A stretch of DNA of 64,000 nt from Candidatus Stammera capleta (GCA_015134075.1 CP062308.1:13439-77438); one strand, 5' to 3'; positions 1-13,581 are shown, numbered from the stretch's first letter. The notes: a model not told the origin generated them from the sequence alone. Program-made: numbers and translations.

Positions 1-675
1 GATTTAATATATAAAACTGGAAATATAAAAAATTTAAATTATAATATTTATAAAAAAATAATAAATATATTAAAAATTAAAAAAAATTTTTTAATATTAG
101 GAGGAGATCACTATATTACTTTACCAATAATACGAGCATGTAAAAAAAAATATAAAAAAATATCTTTAATACATTTTGATGCACACACAGATACATATTA
201 TGAAAAAAATATATTTGATCATGGATCAATTTTTTATCAAATAAAAAAAGAAAAATTAATATCTAAATCAAATATAATACAAATAGGAATAAGAACATAT
301 ATAAAAAAAAATCATCCATTTAAAATAATAACTTCTGAAGAAGTAAATAATTCATCACATAAAAATATTTTAAAAAAAATAAAAAAAATTATTAAAAAAA
401 ATCCAACATATATAAGTTTTGATATAGATTGTTTAGATCCATCATATGCTCCAGGAACAGGAACTCCAGTAATAAATGGAATTAATATAGATAAAATATT
501 AAAAATAATAAGAAATTTAAAAAATATAAATATAATAGGAATTGATATAGTTGAAGTATCACCAATATATGATCCATCTAATATAACATCATTAACAGCA
601 GCAACAATAGCAAATGAATTTTTACATATACAAACAAAATATATTTTAAAAAAAAAAAAATGAAAAAAAAAATAG
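1..675 (+). CDS. speB: agmatinase (ureohydrolase family), 5' end outside window
   Basis: Frame 1 is open from base 1. Translation contains [37 protein letters not shown] and DIVEVSP, the metal-binding blocks of arginase/agmatinase, and is collinear with my memory of E. coli SpeB. In-frame TGA 661-663 is read as Trp; TAG stop at 673-675. Absent from the ORF track because it has no in-window start. Confidence 0.85.
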
Positions 676-1892
676 ATAAAATATTTAAATTAATAAATTT
701 AGAAAAAAAAAGACAAAAAAATAATATTAATTTAATAGCTTCAGAAAATTATGTAAGTAAAAACGTAATGAAAGCACAAGGATCAATATTAACCAATAAA
801 TATGCAGAAGGATATTGTAAAAAAAGATATTATGAAGGATGTCAATATATAGATAAAATAGAAAAAATAGCAATAAATAGAGCAAAAAAATTATTCAAAG
901 CAAATTATGTAAATGTACAACCACATTCTGGATCACAAGCTAATTTTGCAGTATATAATGCTATATTAAAACCAGGAGAAACAATAATAGGAATGAAATT
1001 AGATCACGGAGGACATTTAACACATGGATCTAAAATAAATTTTTCAGGAAAAATATATAATTCAATATTATATGGATTAAATAAAAATGAAACAATAGAT
1101 TTTAATGAAATTGAATATCTAGTTAAAAAAAATAAACCAAAATTAATAATAGGAGGTTTTTCTTCATATTCAAAAATATGTAATTGAAAAATATTTAAAG
1201 AAATAGCAAAAAAATATAACTGTTTATTTATGGTAGATATGTCACATATAGCAGGATTAGTTGCAGCAAATTTATATCCAAATCCATTAAATTATGCTGA
1301 TATAGTTACTACAACAACACATAAAACTTTAGGAGGACCAAGAGGAGGAATTATTCTAGCTAAAGGAGATAATAAAAAACTATATAAAAAAATAAATTCA
1401 TCTGTATTTCCCGGAATACAAGGTGGCCCTTTAATGCATATTATAGCAGCAAAAGCTATATCTTTTAAAGAAGCATTAACTAAAAAATTTATAAAATATC
1501 AAAAAAACACAATAAAAAATGCAAAAATCATGTCAAAAGAAATAATAAAAAAAAAATTTAAGATAATTTCAAATGGAACAGAAACACATTTATTTGTAAT
1601 AAATTTAGAAAATAAAAATATAACAGGTATAAAAGCAGAAAAAAATTTATCTCTTGCAAATATAATAGTTAATAAAAATTGCATACCTAATGATAAAAAA
1701 AATCCACTAATAACTTCAGGTATAAGAATAGGAACATCTTGTATAAGCAAAAGAAAAATTAATAAAAAAATATCCCTATATATATCAAAATTAATATGTA
1801 AAATATTAAATAATATAAATAATTATAATATAATAAAAAATATTAAAAAAAAAGTAATAAAAATATGTAAAAAATATCCAATAGTTAACTAA
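660..1892 (+). CDS. glyA: serine hydroxymethyltransferase
   Basis: Track ORFs 660..1187 and 1230..1892 are in the same frame, joined through TGA 1185-1187 (..[32 protein letters not shown]..). Full-length SHMT, 410 aa. Confidence 0.95.
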
Positions 1893-3018
1893 AATAATTA
1901 AAAAATTTTTTAATATTATCAAAAAAATTTTTACATTTAGGATTATTTCTATTATTAGACGATGATATACTAACACCAAAATCATATAATAATTTTTTTT
2001 GATACTTATTTAAATTAACAGGAGTTTCAATAAATACTTTACATAATAAATCACCATAAATATTACTGTTATATGATTTTATACCTTTATTTTTTATACG
2101 AAATATTTTACCAGTTTGTGTTTCTGGAGGAATTCTTATTTTTATACTATTTTCTAAAGTAGGTATTTCTATTACACCACCTAAAGCAGCCATTGAAAAA
2201 TTTATAGGAACTTCACAATAAAGATCATTTTTATCTCTACTAAATATATGATGTTTTTTAATTTTAATTTTTATATATAAATCACCAGGTATAGAATCTA
2301 TACCACCATAATTACCTTTACCTACAATTCTTATTTGATCATTATTTTTAACTCCACATGGAATTTTAACAAAAAAATTCTTTGAAACTTTTTCAGTTCC
2401 AGATCCTCTACATATATAACAAATATTTTTAATTATATAACATTCACCATTACAACTAGGACAAGTTTGTTGTATTGTAAAAAATCCCTGACTTGTTTTT
2501 ATATTACCATTACCATTACAAACATTACATAATTTACGATTAGTTCCAGGTCTACAACCATTACCTTTGCAAATACTACATTTTTGCATTACAAAAACTT
2601 TAATTTTTTTAGAAATACCTTTTAAAACCTCTTCTAAAGTTAAATCTACATTACAATAAATATCACTTCCAACATTCTTTTTAGATTTAGATTTTCTAGA
2701 TCCAAATATATCACCAAAAACATCACCAAAAATATCACCAAAATCCGCTGAAGAACTAAAACCAGAAGTAAAATCATTATATCCATTATTTTGATTAAAA
2801 TCAGTATGACCATACTGATCATACATAGATCTTTTTTTTTTATCACTTAAAACTTCATAAGCTTCTTTAATTTTTTTAAATTTTTCTTCACAAGATTTAT
2901 CACCCTTATTTCTATCAGGGTGATATCTCATAGCAAGACGTTTATATGCTTTTTTTATATCTATATTATTAGCAGACTTAGAAATACCTAATATTTCATA
3001 ATAATCTTTTTTATTCAT
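1885..3018 (-). CDS. dnaJ: chaperone DnaJ
   Basis: J domain with HPD, a G/F-rich linker and four CxxCxGxG zinc-finger repeats; directly downstream of dnaK. Confidence 0.95.
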   Translation of the reverse strand: MNKKDYYEILGISKSANNIDIKKAYKRLAMRYHPDRNKGDKSCEEKFKKIKEAYEVLSDKKKRSMYDQYGHTDFNQNNGYNDFTSGFSSSADFGDIFGDVFGDIFGSRKSKSKKNVGSDIYCNVDLTLEEVLKGISKKIKVFVMQKCSICKGNGCRPGTNRKLCNVCNGNGNIKTSQGFFTIQQTCPSCNGECYIIKNICYICRGSGTEKVSKNFFVKIPCGVKNNDQIRIVGKGNYGGIDSIPGDLYIKIKIKKHHIFSRDKNDLYCEVPINFSMAALGGVIEIPTLENSIKIRIPPETQTGKIFRIKNKGIKSYNSNIYGDLLCKVFIETPVNLNKYQKKLLYDFGVSISSSNNRNNPKCKNFFDNIKKFFNYFS

Positions 3019-3045
3019 TTATAAACCTTATATAAAATATAAATA

Positions 3046-4950
3046 TTATTTATTTTTATCTTTAATTTCTTCACATTCAGCATCTACAACTTCACTTTCT
3101 TTATTACTTTTCTTAAAATTATTATTTTTATTTATATTATTATTACTATATTTAGCCATATTACTAGATAATTGTATTAATTCTTGAATATTTTTATCTA
3201 TAGATAATTTATTTTCCTCTTTACAAGATTTTTCTAAATTATTTAAAGATAATTCTATTTTATTTTTTTCTTCAACAGGAATTTTATCTCCTAATTCATT
3301 TAACTGTTTTCTAGTAGTATGTATTAAATGATCAGCTTGATTACGAGATTGAATTAATTCTTCAAATTTACGATCAGATTCAGCATTTAATTCAGCATCT
3401 CTTACCATTCTACTTATTTCATCTTCATTTAAACCAGAAGAAGCTTTAATTACTATTTTTTGTTCTTTACCTGTATTTTTATCTTTAGCGGATACATGCA
3501 ATATTCCATCCGCATCTATATCAAAAGTTACTTCTATTTGAGGTATTCCTCTAGGTGCTGGTTGTATACCATCTAAATTAAATTGACCTAAAGATTTATT
3601 ATTTATAGATTTTTTTCTTTCACCTTGTAATACATGAACAGTAACAGCTGATTGATTATCTTCTGCAGTAGAAAAAACTTGACTATGTTTTGTAGGAATA
3701 GTAGTATTTTTTTTTATCAAAGTAGTCATTACACCACCCATTGTTTCTATACCAAGTGATAAAGGAGTAACATCTAATAATAAAACATCCTTTACAGATC
3801 CTGATAAAACACCACCTTGTATAGCAGCACCTATAGCAACAGCTTCATCTGGATTAACATCTTTTCTAGGTTTTTTTTTAAAAAATTCTGCAACTTTCTT
3901 TTGAACCATAGGCATTCTAGTTTGACCACCTACAAGTATAACATCATTTATTTTATCTATATTAATATCAGCATCTTTTAATGCTATTTTAACAGGTTCT
4001 ATTGATTTTAAAATCAAATTTTCAACTAAAGATTCTAATTTAGCTCTAGTTAATTTAATATTTAAATGTTTAGGTCCAGTTGAATCCGCTGTAATATATG
4101 GTAAATTTATTTCAGTTTGTTTAGAAGATGATAATTCAATTTTAGCTTTTTCAGCAGAATCTTTTAATCTCTGCATAGAAAGAGGATCATTGGATAAATC
4201 AATATTATAGTCTTTTTTAAATTCAGAAACTAAAAAATTAATAATTTTACTATCAAAATCTTCTCCACCTAAATGAGTATCTCCATTAGTAGATAAAACT
4301 TCAAAAGTTTTTTCTCCATCTATATTATCTATTTCAATAATAGAAATATCAAAAGTACCACCACCTAAATCATAAACAGCTATTATATTATTATTTCTAG
4401 ATTTATCTAAACCATAAGCTAATGCAGCGGCTGTTGGTTCATTAATTATTCTTTTAACATCTAATCCAGCAATACGTCCAGCATCTTTAGTAGCTTGTCT
4501 CTGTGCATCATTAAAATAAGCTGGAACAGTAATAACAGCTTCAGATATCTTTTCACCAATATAATCTTCTGCTGTTTTTTTCATTTTTTTTAAAATCTCA
4601 GCAGAAATTTGCGGAGGAGAAATTTTTTTATTATTAACTTCTACCCATGCATCACCATTATTAGCAGAAACTATATTATAAGGCATTATATTAACATCAC
4701 GTTGAACTTCATTATCACTAAATTTACGTCCTATTAATCTTTTAATAGCAAAAAATGTATTTTTAGGATTTGTTATAGCTTGTCTTTTTGCTGACTTTCC
4801 AACTAAAACCTCATTATTTTTAGTATAAGCTATTATAGAAGGAGTAGTACGATCACCCTCAGAATTTTCTATTACTTTAGATTTTCCAACATCCATAATA
4901 GCTACACAAGAATTAGTAGTCCCTAAATCTATACCAATTATTCTACTCAT
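3046..4950 (-). CDS. dnaK: chaperone DnaK (Hsp70)
   Basis: 634-aa ORF with a canonical Hsp70 N terminus ([21 protein letters not shown]). A GGAG Shine-Dalgarno lies on the minus strand at 4958-4961. Confidence 0.97.
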   Translation of the reverse strand: MSRIIGIDLGTTNSCVAIMDVGKSKVIENSEGDRTTPSIIAYTKNNEVLVGKSAKRQAITNPKNTFFAIKRLIGRKFSDNEVQRDVNIMPYNIVSANNGDAWVEVNNKKISPPQISAEILKKMKKTAEDYIGEKISEAVITVPAYFNDAQRQATKDAGRIAGLDVKRIINEPTAAALAYGLDKSRNNNIIAVYDLGGGTFDISIIEIDNIDGEKTFEVLSTNGDTHLGGEDFDSKIINFLVSEFKKDYNIDLSNDPLSMQRLKDSAEKAKIELSSSKQTEINLPYITADSTGPKHLNIKLTRAKLESLVENLILKSIEPVKIALKDADINIDKINDVILVGGQTRMPMVQKKVAEFFKKKPRKDVNPDEAVAIGAAIQGGVLSGSVKDVLLLDVTPLSLGIETMGGVMTTLIKKNTTIPTKHSQVFSTAEDNQSAVTVHVLQGERKKSINNKSLGQFNLDGIQPAPRGIPQIEVTFDIDADGILHVSAKDKNTGKEQKIVIKASSGLNEDEISRMVRDAELNAESDRKFEELIQSRNQADHLIHTTRKQLNELGDKIPVEEKNKIELSLNNLEKSCKEENKLSIDKNIQELIQLSSNMAKYSNNNINKNNNFKKSNKESEVVDAECEEIKDKNK

Positions 4951-5127
4951 AATAAATCTCCATATTAATTTTAAATTAATACTATATATAAATCATATAT
5001 GTGTACATACATAAAAATATCAACTAAAATATATAAATATTTTTAAAACAAATTAAATATATAATTTAATATTTTATAAAAAAAAATTATAATAATAATA
5101 AACTAAATTTTTATTTTAAATAATTTA

Positions 5128-7908
5128 ATGAATATGAATAAAAAAAATATAAATCATAAATATGATATAAATTTACCAAAAATTAACTTTCCAATGAAAG
5201 CAAATTTAAATATAAAAGAACCACAAATAATAAAAAAATGAGAAGAAAAAAATATATACAAAAAAATAAAAAATAACAAAAAAAAAAAAAATAAATTTAT
5301 AATCCATGATGGACCCCCATATGCTAATGGAGAAATACATATAGGTCATGCTTTTAATAAAATACTAAAAGATATAATACTAAAATATAAAAATTTAATG
5401 AATTATAATATACAATATATACCAGGATGAGATTGTCATGGATTACCAATAGAATTAGAAATACAAAAAAAAACAAATTTTAAAAATAAAATAAATGAAT
5501 TTAAAAAAAAATGTTTTAAATATGCAAATATACAAATAAATAAACAAAAAAAAGATTTTATAAGATTAGGAATATTAGCGGATTGAAAAAATTATTATAA
5601 AACAATGAATACTACAACTATTATTAATACAATAGAAGTATTCAAAAAAATACTAAAACTTAATCTAATAAAATATAAAAATAAACCAATAAATTGATGT
5701 ATAAATTGTAAATCATCTTTATCTGATGCAGAAATAGAATATTTTAAAAAAAAATCAAAATCAATATATGTATGTTTTACAATAAAAAATATAAAAAAAT
5801 ATAATATATTTAAAGAAATAAAAAATAAAAAAATAAATTTAATAATATGAACAACCACACCATGAACAATACCTGGAAATTGTGCTATATCAATACATCC
5901 AGACTACTTATATTCAATAATAAAATTCAATAAAAAAATATATATAATTATAAAAAATAATATAAAAAATATATTTAATAAAAAAAAAATAAAAATAATT
6001 AAAGAAATAAATGGAAAAAAATTAAATAATATTTTAGTAAACCATCCTATATCAAATAAAAAAATACCAATAATTTTAAATAAAAAAATAAAAATTAATA
6101 CTGGAACAGGAATAGTACATATAGCATCAGAACATGGAGAAGAAGATTATTTAATATCTAAAAAAAATAAATTAAAAGGAATTAATGTAATAAATGAAAA
6201 AGGAAATTATATAAAATATGATTTTATAAAAAAAATATATAACTGTAATATATATGAATCAGAAAAAATAATAATAGAAGAATTAAAAAAAAAAAATAAA
6301 ATAATTCTAGAAAAAAAAATAATACATAAATATCCTCATTGTTGAAGACATAAAACACCCATAATAATAAGATCAACTCCTCAATTATTTATAAAAATAG
6401 ATAAAAAATTAAAAAAAAAAATACTTAAATCAATAAAAAATGTAAAATGAAATCCATCATGAGGATATAAAAAAATAAAAGAAATGATAATAAAAAGACC
6501 AGATTGATGTATATCTAGACAAAGAAAATGAGGTACTCCAATAATATTATTTATAAATAAAAAAAATAAAAAAATACACCCAAACAGTATAAATATAATA
6601 AATAAAATAATTAAAAAAATAAAAAAAAATGGAACAAATTATTGGTTTAATACATCAACTAAAAAAATATTAAAAAAAAAATATAATAAATATCATAAAA
6701 TAACTGATATTTTAGATATATGATTTGATTCTGGTGCTACATGTTTTTCAATAATAAATCCAAAATTTAAAAAAAAAAATATAAGTGATTTATATTTAGA
6801 AGGATCAGATCAATATAGAGGATGATTTATGTCATCATTAATTATAAATGTAGCAATTAACAATTGTGCTCCATTTAAACAAATAATATCACATGGATTT
6901 ATAGTTGATAAAAATGGAAAAAAAATGTCTAAATCGTTAAAAAATACAATAAATCCAAAAAATATTATAAATAAATTTGGAGCTGATATATTAAGATTAT
7001 GAGTAGCATCTACAAAATTTAATAAAGAAATACATATTTCTAATGAAATAATATTAAGAACTGTAGAATTATATAGAAAAATAAGAAATACAATAAAATT
7101 TTTAGTATCAAATTTAGATGAATTTAATCCAAAAAAAAAAATAATAAAAAAAAAACAAATGCTATTAATAGACAAATGAATAATACATAAAACAAAAAAA
7201 ACTCAAAATAAAATAATAAACTTATTTAATAAATTTAAATTTAATAAAATAATAAAAAAAATAAATATTTTTTGTACAAAATATTTAAGCTCTTTATATA
7301 TAGATATAATAAAAGATAGAAAATACACAATAAAAAAAAATACTATACCTTATTATAGTGTACAAATAACAATATGAATGATTTTAGAATCAATAACTAA
7401 ATGAATAACACCAATAATATCATTTACAGCTGAAGAAATTTGAAATTATCTACCTAGAAAAAAAGATAAAAATCTATATAATGAAACATGATTTAATAAA
7501 TTATTTTTTTTACATAAAAATAATAAAATAAATGAAAAAATATGAGAAAAATTAATTTTAATTAAAAATAAACTAAATAAAATAATAGAAAAAAAAAAAA
7601 TAAATAAAAAAATAAATTCTTCATTAGAAACAGAAATTATTTTATATACAAAAAAAAGTTTTTTTGAAAAAATTAAAAAAATAAAAAAAGAATTAAAATA
7701 TTTTTTTTTAACTTCAAAAACAAAATTAAAAAAATTTAAAAAAAAATATGAAAAAAATTTTTTTAAAATAATATGTAAAAAAATTAAAGGAATAAAATGT
7801 AATAGATGTTGACATTATGTAAAAAAAAATAAATTTAAAAATAAAAATATATGTAATAGATGTATTAAAAATACAATCGGATCAGGAGAAAAAAGAAAAT
7901 TTATATAA
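5128..7908 (+). CDS. ileS: isoleucyl-tRNA synthetase
   Basis: No ORF in the track. Hand translation of frame 1 is open for 926 codons, with 21 in-frame TGA and no TAA/TAG. HIGH motif ([12 protein letters not shown], about 5310-5350), KMSKS (6922-6936), and PGW-DCHGLP, W-TTTPW-T, DIW-FDSG, GSDQYRGW-F and a C-terminal CNRCW-HY zinc knuckle, all with W encoded by TGA. An alternative start is ATG 5134. Confidence 0.95.
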
Positions 7909-7924
7909 ATTAATTAATTAAAAT

Positions 7925-8734
7925 TTATAATTTAAGCATAAATAAACTATATAATAATTTAACAAAAATATAAAATACAGATTGACGTTGTAAATTCCAA
8001 AAAATATTAAATGACATTAATAAAATAATAATATATAAATAAACAAATTTTTTTTTATCTAAAAAAATATAATAAGAATCAAAATTATTAAACATATATC
8101 AATTATATAACATAAATATATTCATAAACATTAAAAATATTAAAATATATAAATAAATATTAAAAATATAACTATTAGGTATATTAATTGCAACTCCAGA
8201 AAATACCCCTGGTATTATACATAATATTGCCCAAACAGATATACTAATAAAATTAGGAATAACAATATCATTAAAAGGTATTAATAACATTCCAGATACA
8301 AATAATAGAAAAGATTTTAAAGGACCTAAAAATTTACCTAATAACATAAATAAAAATGTATTTTTTTTAAAATATGAAAATATATATTTAATAAACGCAT
8401 TCTTATTAATAACTTTTTTTTCAAAAATAATAAAACTATCTCTAAAAAAAATACCTAAAATATAAGAAATTAAATCTCCTAAAAAACATCCTAAAATTAC
8501 TAAAAAATATGTAATATAAAAATTAATAACTTTTTTTCCTATCATAAAACCTAAAAATAACATAATAAAACTACTTGGTATACATAAACCAATAAAAACT
8601 AATGATTCAATAAAAGAAATTAAAAATATAAATATATATGTATATAATATATATTTATGTATTAAATATTGATAACAAAAACTTAAAAAAAAATTGTTTT
8701 TACTAAAAAAATAATTAAAAATTTTCATTAACAT
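7925..8734 (-). CDS. DedA-family inner membrane protein (C-terminal tail through a TGA codon)
   Basis: Track ORF 8099..8734 (211 aa) is polytopic and carries a DedA-like GDxxxYxxG ... GKFLGPLKSFLLFVSG segment. It ends in TGA (8099-8101). Reading TGA as Trp extends it 58 codons to TAA 7925-7927. Confidence 0.6.
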
Positions 8735-8758
8735 ATAAATAAAACTTTATAAAAAATA

Positions 8759-8777
8759 TTCCTAATAATATTAGGAA
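8759..8777. other. 19-nt palindrome TTCCTAATA-A-TATTAGGAA in the dedA-like/rsmA divergent intergenic region
   Basis: Perfect 9-nt inverted arms around a single central base. It holds the only G/C cluster in about 250 bp of A/T. Function unknown. Confidence 0.4.
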
Positions 8778-8981
8778 ATTAAATTTAACAACGAAATAAA
8801 AATAAAAGAAATATAAAAAAAAATTTTAAAAAAAAATATAAAAAAACAAAAATAAAAACACCAATACTATAAAATAAAAATTTAAAAATTTTTTTCATAA
8901 AATTATAATATAAATTAAATATATAATAATAAATTTATTATAAATAAAATATAAACTTTAAAAACTTAATATAATAATAAC

Positions 8982-9737
8982 ATGATTATTGCATATAAAG
9001 ATATAGGTCAAAACTTTATAAAAAATAAAAAAATAATAAAAAAAATAATAAAATATATAAAACCATCTAAAAAAGAATATTATTTAGAAATTGGATGCGG
9101 AAATGGAGAATTAACTAAAGAAATAATAAAATATACAAAAAATTTTATTGGAATAGAAATAGACGAAATATTAATAAAAAAAATAAAAAAAAAAATAAAA
9201 AATATAAATATATTAAATATAAACATATTAAATTTTAATTTTTCTATATATAAAAAAAAAATAAATATAATAGGTAATATACCTTATTATATATCACATA
9301 AAATATTATTTAAATTAACAAAAAATCAATCAAAAATAAAAAATATATATATAATGATTCAAAAAGAATTATATGAAAATATAAAAATAAATAAAAAAAA
9401 TACAAAATACTCAAAAACAAATATATTAATAAATGCTTTTTTTAATATAAAATTATTTAAAATAATAAAAAAAAAAAATTTTAAACCAATACCAAAAGTT
9501 GATTCTGTTTTTTTAAGATTAAAATCAAATAATAATAAGTATAAAATAAAAAATATAAAATTATTTATAAATATACTAAATAATATTTTTTTTAAAAAAA
9601 ATAAAAAAATAATAAATAGTATAAAAAAATTTATAAAAAAAAAAGAATATAAAAATAAAAAAATACTAAATAAAAGAATAAATAATATATCTATAAAAAA
9701 TATATATAAAATAATTAATTTTATAATAAATAATTAA
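8982..9737 (+). CDS. rsmA: 16S rRNA (adenine1518/1519-N6)-dimethyltransferase
   Basis: GQNFIKN, EIGCGNGELT (SAM-binding) and GNIPYYIS motifs of KsgA/RsmA; 251 aa. Confidence 0.85.
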   Translation: MIIAYKDIGQNFIKNKKIIKKIIKYIKPSKKEYYLEIGCGNGELTKEIIKYTKNFIGIEIDEILIKKIKKKIKNINILNINILNFNFSIYKKKINIIGNIPYYISHKILFKLTKNQSKIKNIYIMIQKELYENIKINKKNTKYSKTNILINAFFNIKLFKIIKKKNFKPIPKVDSVFLRLKSNNNKYKIKNIKLFINILNNIFFKKNKKIINSIKKFIKKKEYKNKKILNKRINNISIKNIYKIINFIINN

Positions 9738-9994
9738 TTAATATTATTAATTAATTTAATCAAATTAGATTTATATCTAGAAACTTTATTTAAAGATAAT
9801 ATATTTCTAGAAGCTAATCTATCAGATATAGATTGAAAAATACAAAAATTAACTAAAGATTTTTTTTTATCTTTATTTTTTATTGATAAAATTACTTTTT
9901 TAAAATAAGTTTTAAAAATAGATTTCTTAATAGAATTAATTTTTTTTCAAAATCTATTTATTAATACTCTTTTTTTTGAAGATTTTATAGACAT
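9734..9994 (-). CDS. rpsT: 30S ribosomal protein S20
   Basis: Not in the track (below 60 aa between TGAs). Hand translation gives MSIKSSKKRVLINRFW KKINSIKKSIFKTYFKKV...SRYKSNLIKLINNIN, which resembles E. coli S20 (MANIKSAKKRA..). One in-frame TGA at 9947-9949. Confidence 0.8.
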
Positions 9995-10011
9995 AATATA
10001 TACCAATTAAA

Positions 10012-11670
10012 TTAAGAATTTTTATTAAAATATTTTATTAAATTATATGTAGAACTATCAAAATAAATTTTTTTTTGAATATAATTTTTATATTTTAAAC
10101 ATGGATAAATATAATTAAATAATTTTTTTCCTAATTCAACTCCCCATTGATCAAAACTAGATATATTTAAAATAACACCATGAGTAAAAACTTTATGTTC
10201 ATACATAGATATTATTGCTCCAATTGAATATGGATCAATTTTTTTTATCAAAAAAACATTATTAGGTCTATTACCTTTAAATTTAACAAATCTAAAAAGA
10301 TTAGAATTATTCAAAAAAACATTATCTTTTCTATTTTTAAAAACTCTATCTCCAAAAGCTAAAGACTGAGATTGAGATAATAAATTTGAAGCTAATTTTA
10401 AATTAGAATTATTTATATTATTAGAATTATTATTAACTTCTATAAAAAAATCACAAGGTATTATATAAGTTCCTTGATGTAACAATTGATAAAAAGAATG
10501 CTGAGAAACAGTACCTGTTCCACCAAAAATAATTGGAGATGTATAATAGTTATTAATATAATTACCATTATAATCAACATATTTACCATTAGATTCCATA
10601 AATAACTGTTGTAAATATAATGGCAAAAGAGATAAATTTTCATTATATACTAATATAGCTTCATTAGAAAAATTAAAAAAATTACTATATCAAATTGTTA
10701 AAATAGATAATATAATAGGAATATTAAATTTATAATCAGAATTAAAAAAATGAATATCCATATCATTAGCTCCATGTAACATTTTTCTAAAATTATCAAA
10801 CCCTATAGATATAGCTATAGGTAAACCAAAAGCTGAACAAAAAGAATAACGACCACCAACTCAATCATCTACAATAAATATATTATTAGAATTAACACCA
10901 AACTTTATAGCTTCACTAAAATTACTAGAAACTAAAATAAAATGATTATTTAAACAATCTTTTTTGTTACCAAAAAAATCTAAAACTCATTTTTTAGCAA
11001 TATTAGCGTTAAACAATGTCTCTAAAGTAGTAAAACTTTTTGAACATATTATAAAAATAGTATCTTCTGGAGAAATTTTATTTAAAATATTAATTATATC
11101 TGTAGAATCTATATTAGAAACAAAAAAATTTTTCTGAAATTTATTATATTTATATAAAGAAAGAGATTTAATAATCATTCTAGATCCAAGATCTGATCCT
11201 CCTATACCAATATTAACTATATTTTTTATTTTTTTTTTAGAAAATCCTAACCAAGAATAATTATTAATTTTATCTACAAAAAATTTAATTTTATTTAAAT
11301 TAGTATCAATATCTTTTTTAATATCAAAAAAAGAAGAATTGTTTTTAACAAAAATATTATTAATATCTCTTAATAAAAAATTTAATACAAACTTATTTTC
11401 TGTAAAATTAATTTTTTCTCCATTTAACATAGAAACAACATAATCTTTAAAATTAATTTCATTTAATAAATCAATAAATAAATCAATTGTTTTATCTATA
11501 ATTCTATTTTTAGAATAATCAAATAAAATATTATTATTAAAATTTAAAGAAAAATCTTTAAATCTATTTTTATTTTTTTTAAATAAATCTATCATTTTAA
11601 TATTTTTAATTAATTTAAAATGATCTAATAAATTAGCTCAACTTTTTGTTCTAATAGGATTTTTAAACAT
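10012..11670 (-). CDS. pgi: glucose-6-phosphate isomerase
   Basis: Track fragments 10012..10626 and 10987..11595 are in the same frame. The 120 codons between them and the 25 upstream codons (MFKNPIRTKSW ANLLDHF..) are open apart from TGA. 552 aa, against 549 aa in E. coli. Confidence 0.93.
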
Positions 11671-11796
11671 ATATATTCCTAATACATTTATAAATAATTT
11701 TATTATATGTAAAATAATCTTTACATAAAAAAATATTATGTTTATTATTATTAATAAATTTATTTATACTAAATAATTAATAATTTATAATTTAAC

Positions 11797-13581
11797 ATGT
11801 ATTTATTAAATAATAAAAAAAAAATATTCTTAAATAGACTTAAAATAATATTTTTAATATTATCAGGATTTTTAATATATTTAATATACAATTTATATAT
11901 ATTACAAATAGTTAAAAACAAATATTATAATATATTAGCAAAAAATAATTATATTAAAATAATACCAATTATACCACATAGAGGATGAATTTTCGATAAA
12001 AATGAAATACCAATAACATATAATAAAAAAACATATTTTCTAAAAATAAAAACAAAAAATATAAAAAATATAGAAGAAGAAATAAAAAAAATAAAAAAAA
12101 TATTTCCACTTAAAAAAAAAATAATAGAAGATATAATAATTAAATTTAAAAATAAAAAAAAATATAAAAATATAAAAATAAATAAAGAATTAAAACCTAA
12201 AGAAATAAATATTTTCTATAAATATAAAAATTTATTTCCAAATATAAAAATAATAAGTGAATATAATAGATATTATCCTTACAAAAATATTTTATCTCAT
12301 GTAATAGGTTATGTAATAAAAAAAAATAAAAAATATTACATAGGAAAAACAGGAATAGAAAAATATTATCAAAATATATTATATGGAGAAAATGGATATA
12401 AAGAAAAAATAGTAGATGGAAAAAATAAAACTATAAAAAAAAAATATATAAAATTAGAAAAAGCTGGTAAAAATATTACTTTATCAATAGATTTAAATTT
12501 ACAAAAATTTATATATAATTTATTAAAAAAAAACCAATGTTCAGTAATAATAAGTAATTGTAGAAATGGAGATATTTTATCTTTAATTTCAATACCTAGT
12601 TATAATCCAAATATTTTTATAAAAAAAAAAAATAACAAAAAATATAAAAAAATATTAGAAAATGAAAATAAACCATTAATAAACAAAACAATACAATCAA
12701 TATATCCTCCCGCTTCTACAATAAAACCATATATAGCTATATTAGCATTAAAAGAAAAAATAATAAAAAAAAACTCAAAAATATTTGATCCAGGATGATG
12801 AAAAATACCAAAGTCAAAAAAAATATTCTATGATTGAAATAAATGAGGACATGGTTCAGTAAATATAATTAAATCAATAGAAGAATCATCAGATATATTT
12901 TATTATCAATTATCTTATCGTCTAGGAATAGAAAAAATAACAAAATGAATAAAATTATTTGGATATGGTGAAAAAACTAATATTGATTTACCTAATGAAA
13001 AAAAAAATTTTTTACCTAATAAAAAATGAAAAAATAAAATTTTTAAAGAAAAATGATATATAGGAGATACAATATCTATTGGAATAGGACAAGGATATTT
13101 AAATGCTACTCCTATTCAAATGAATAAAGCTTTAGTTACATTAATAAATAATGGAAAATCAATAAAACCACATATAATTAAAAAAATTGATAATAAAAAA
13201 ATAAATTATTTATTTGAAAAAAAAATAAATAATATAGATAAAAAATATTGAGATATAATTAAAAAAGCAATGTATGGAGTAATTCATAAAAAAAATGGAA
13301 CTGCATATATATATTTTATAGGAACAAAATATAAAATAGCAGCTAAATCAGGAACAGCACAAATAATATCAATAAAAAATAATGAAAGATATAATAATAA
13401 AAATAAAATTAAAAAAAAATTTGAAGATCATATTTTAATGAATGCTTTTCTACCATATGAAAATCCAAAATTTGCAATAACAATAATATTAGATCATGGA
13501 GGTAATAAAAAACAAAAAATAGGATCAATTATGAAAAATATAACTGATTATATAATGAAAAATATTAATAAATATGATTAA
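11797..13581 (+). CDS. mrdA: peptidoglycan D,D-transpeptidase PBP2
   Basis: Frame 1 is open over 594 codons with TGA as Trp. SxxK (PPASTIKP, about 12706-12729), KSGTA, and the FDPGWW block with tandem TGA TGA at 12796-12801. Followed by rodA. Confidence 0.92.

Noticed and set aside
4951-5127. Promoter (-35/-10) calls in intergenic regions (4951-5127, 8735-8981, 38450-38620, 49453-49594, 55429-55698).
   Set aside because: TATAAT-like hexamers occur every few bases at this composition. I cannot distinguish real promoters by eye, so none are reported.
5128-7908. Possible second reassignment, ATA to Met, as in some mitochondria, given the CAU tRNA and the huge ATA usage.
   Set aside because: ATA falls on conserved Ile positions (for example the HIGH-motif E-I-H-I-G-H in ileS). 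The standard Ile reading fits everywhere I looked.
8785-8898. 37-codon minus-strand ORF (MKKIFKFLFYSIGVFIFVFLYFFLKFFFIFLLFLFRC) in the dedA-like/rsmA spacer; possible small membrane peptide.
   Set aside because: There is no SD and no conservation evidence. Such Phe/Leu/Lys ORFs arise by chance in poly(A/T) DNA.
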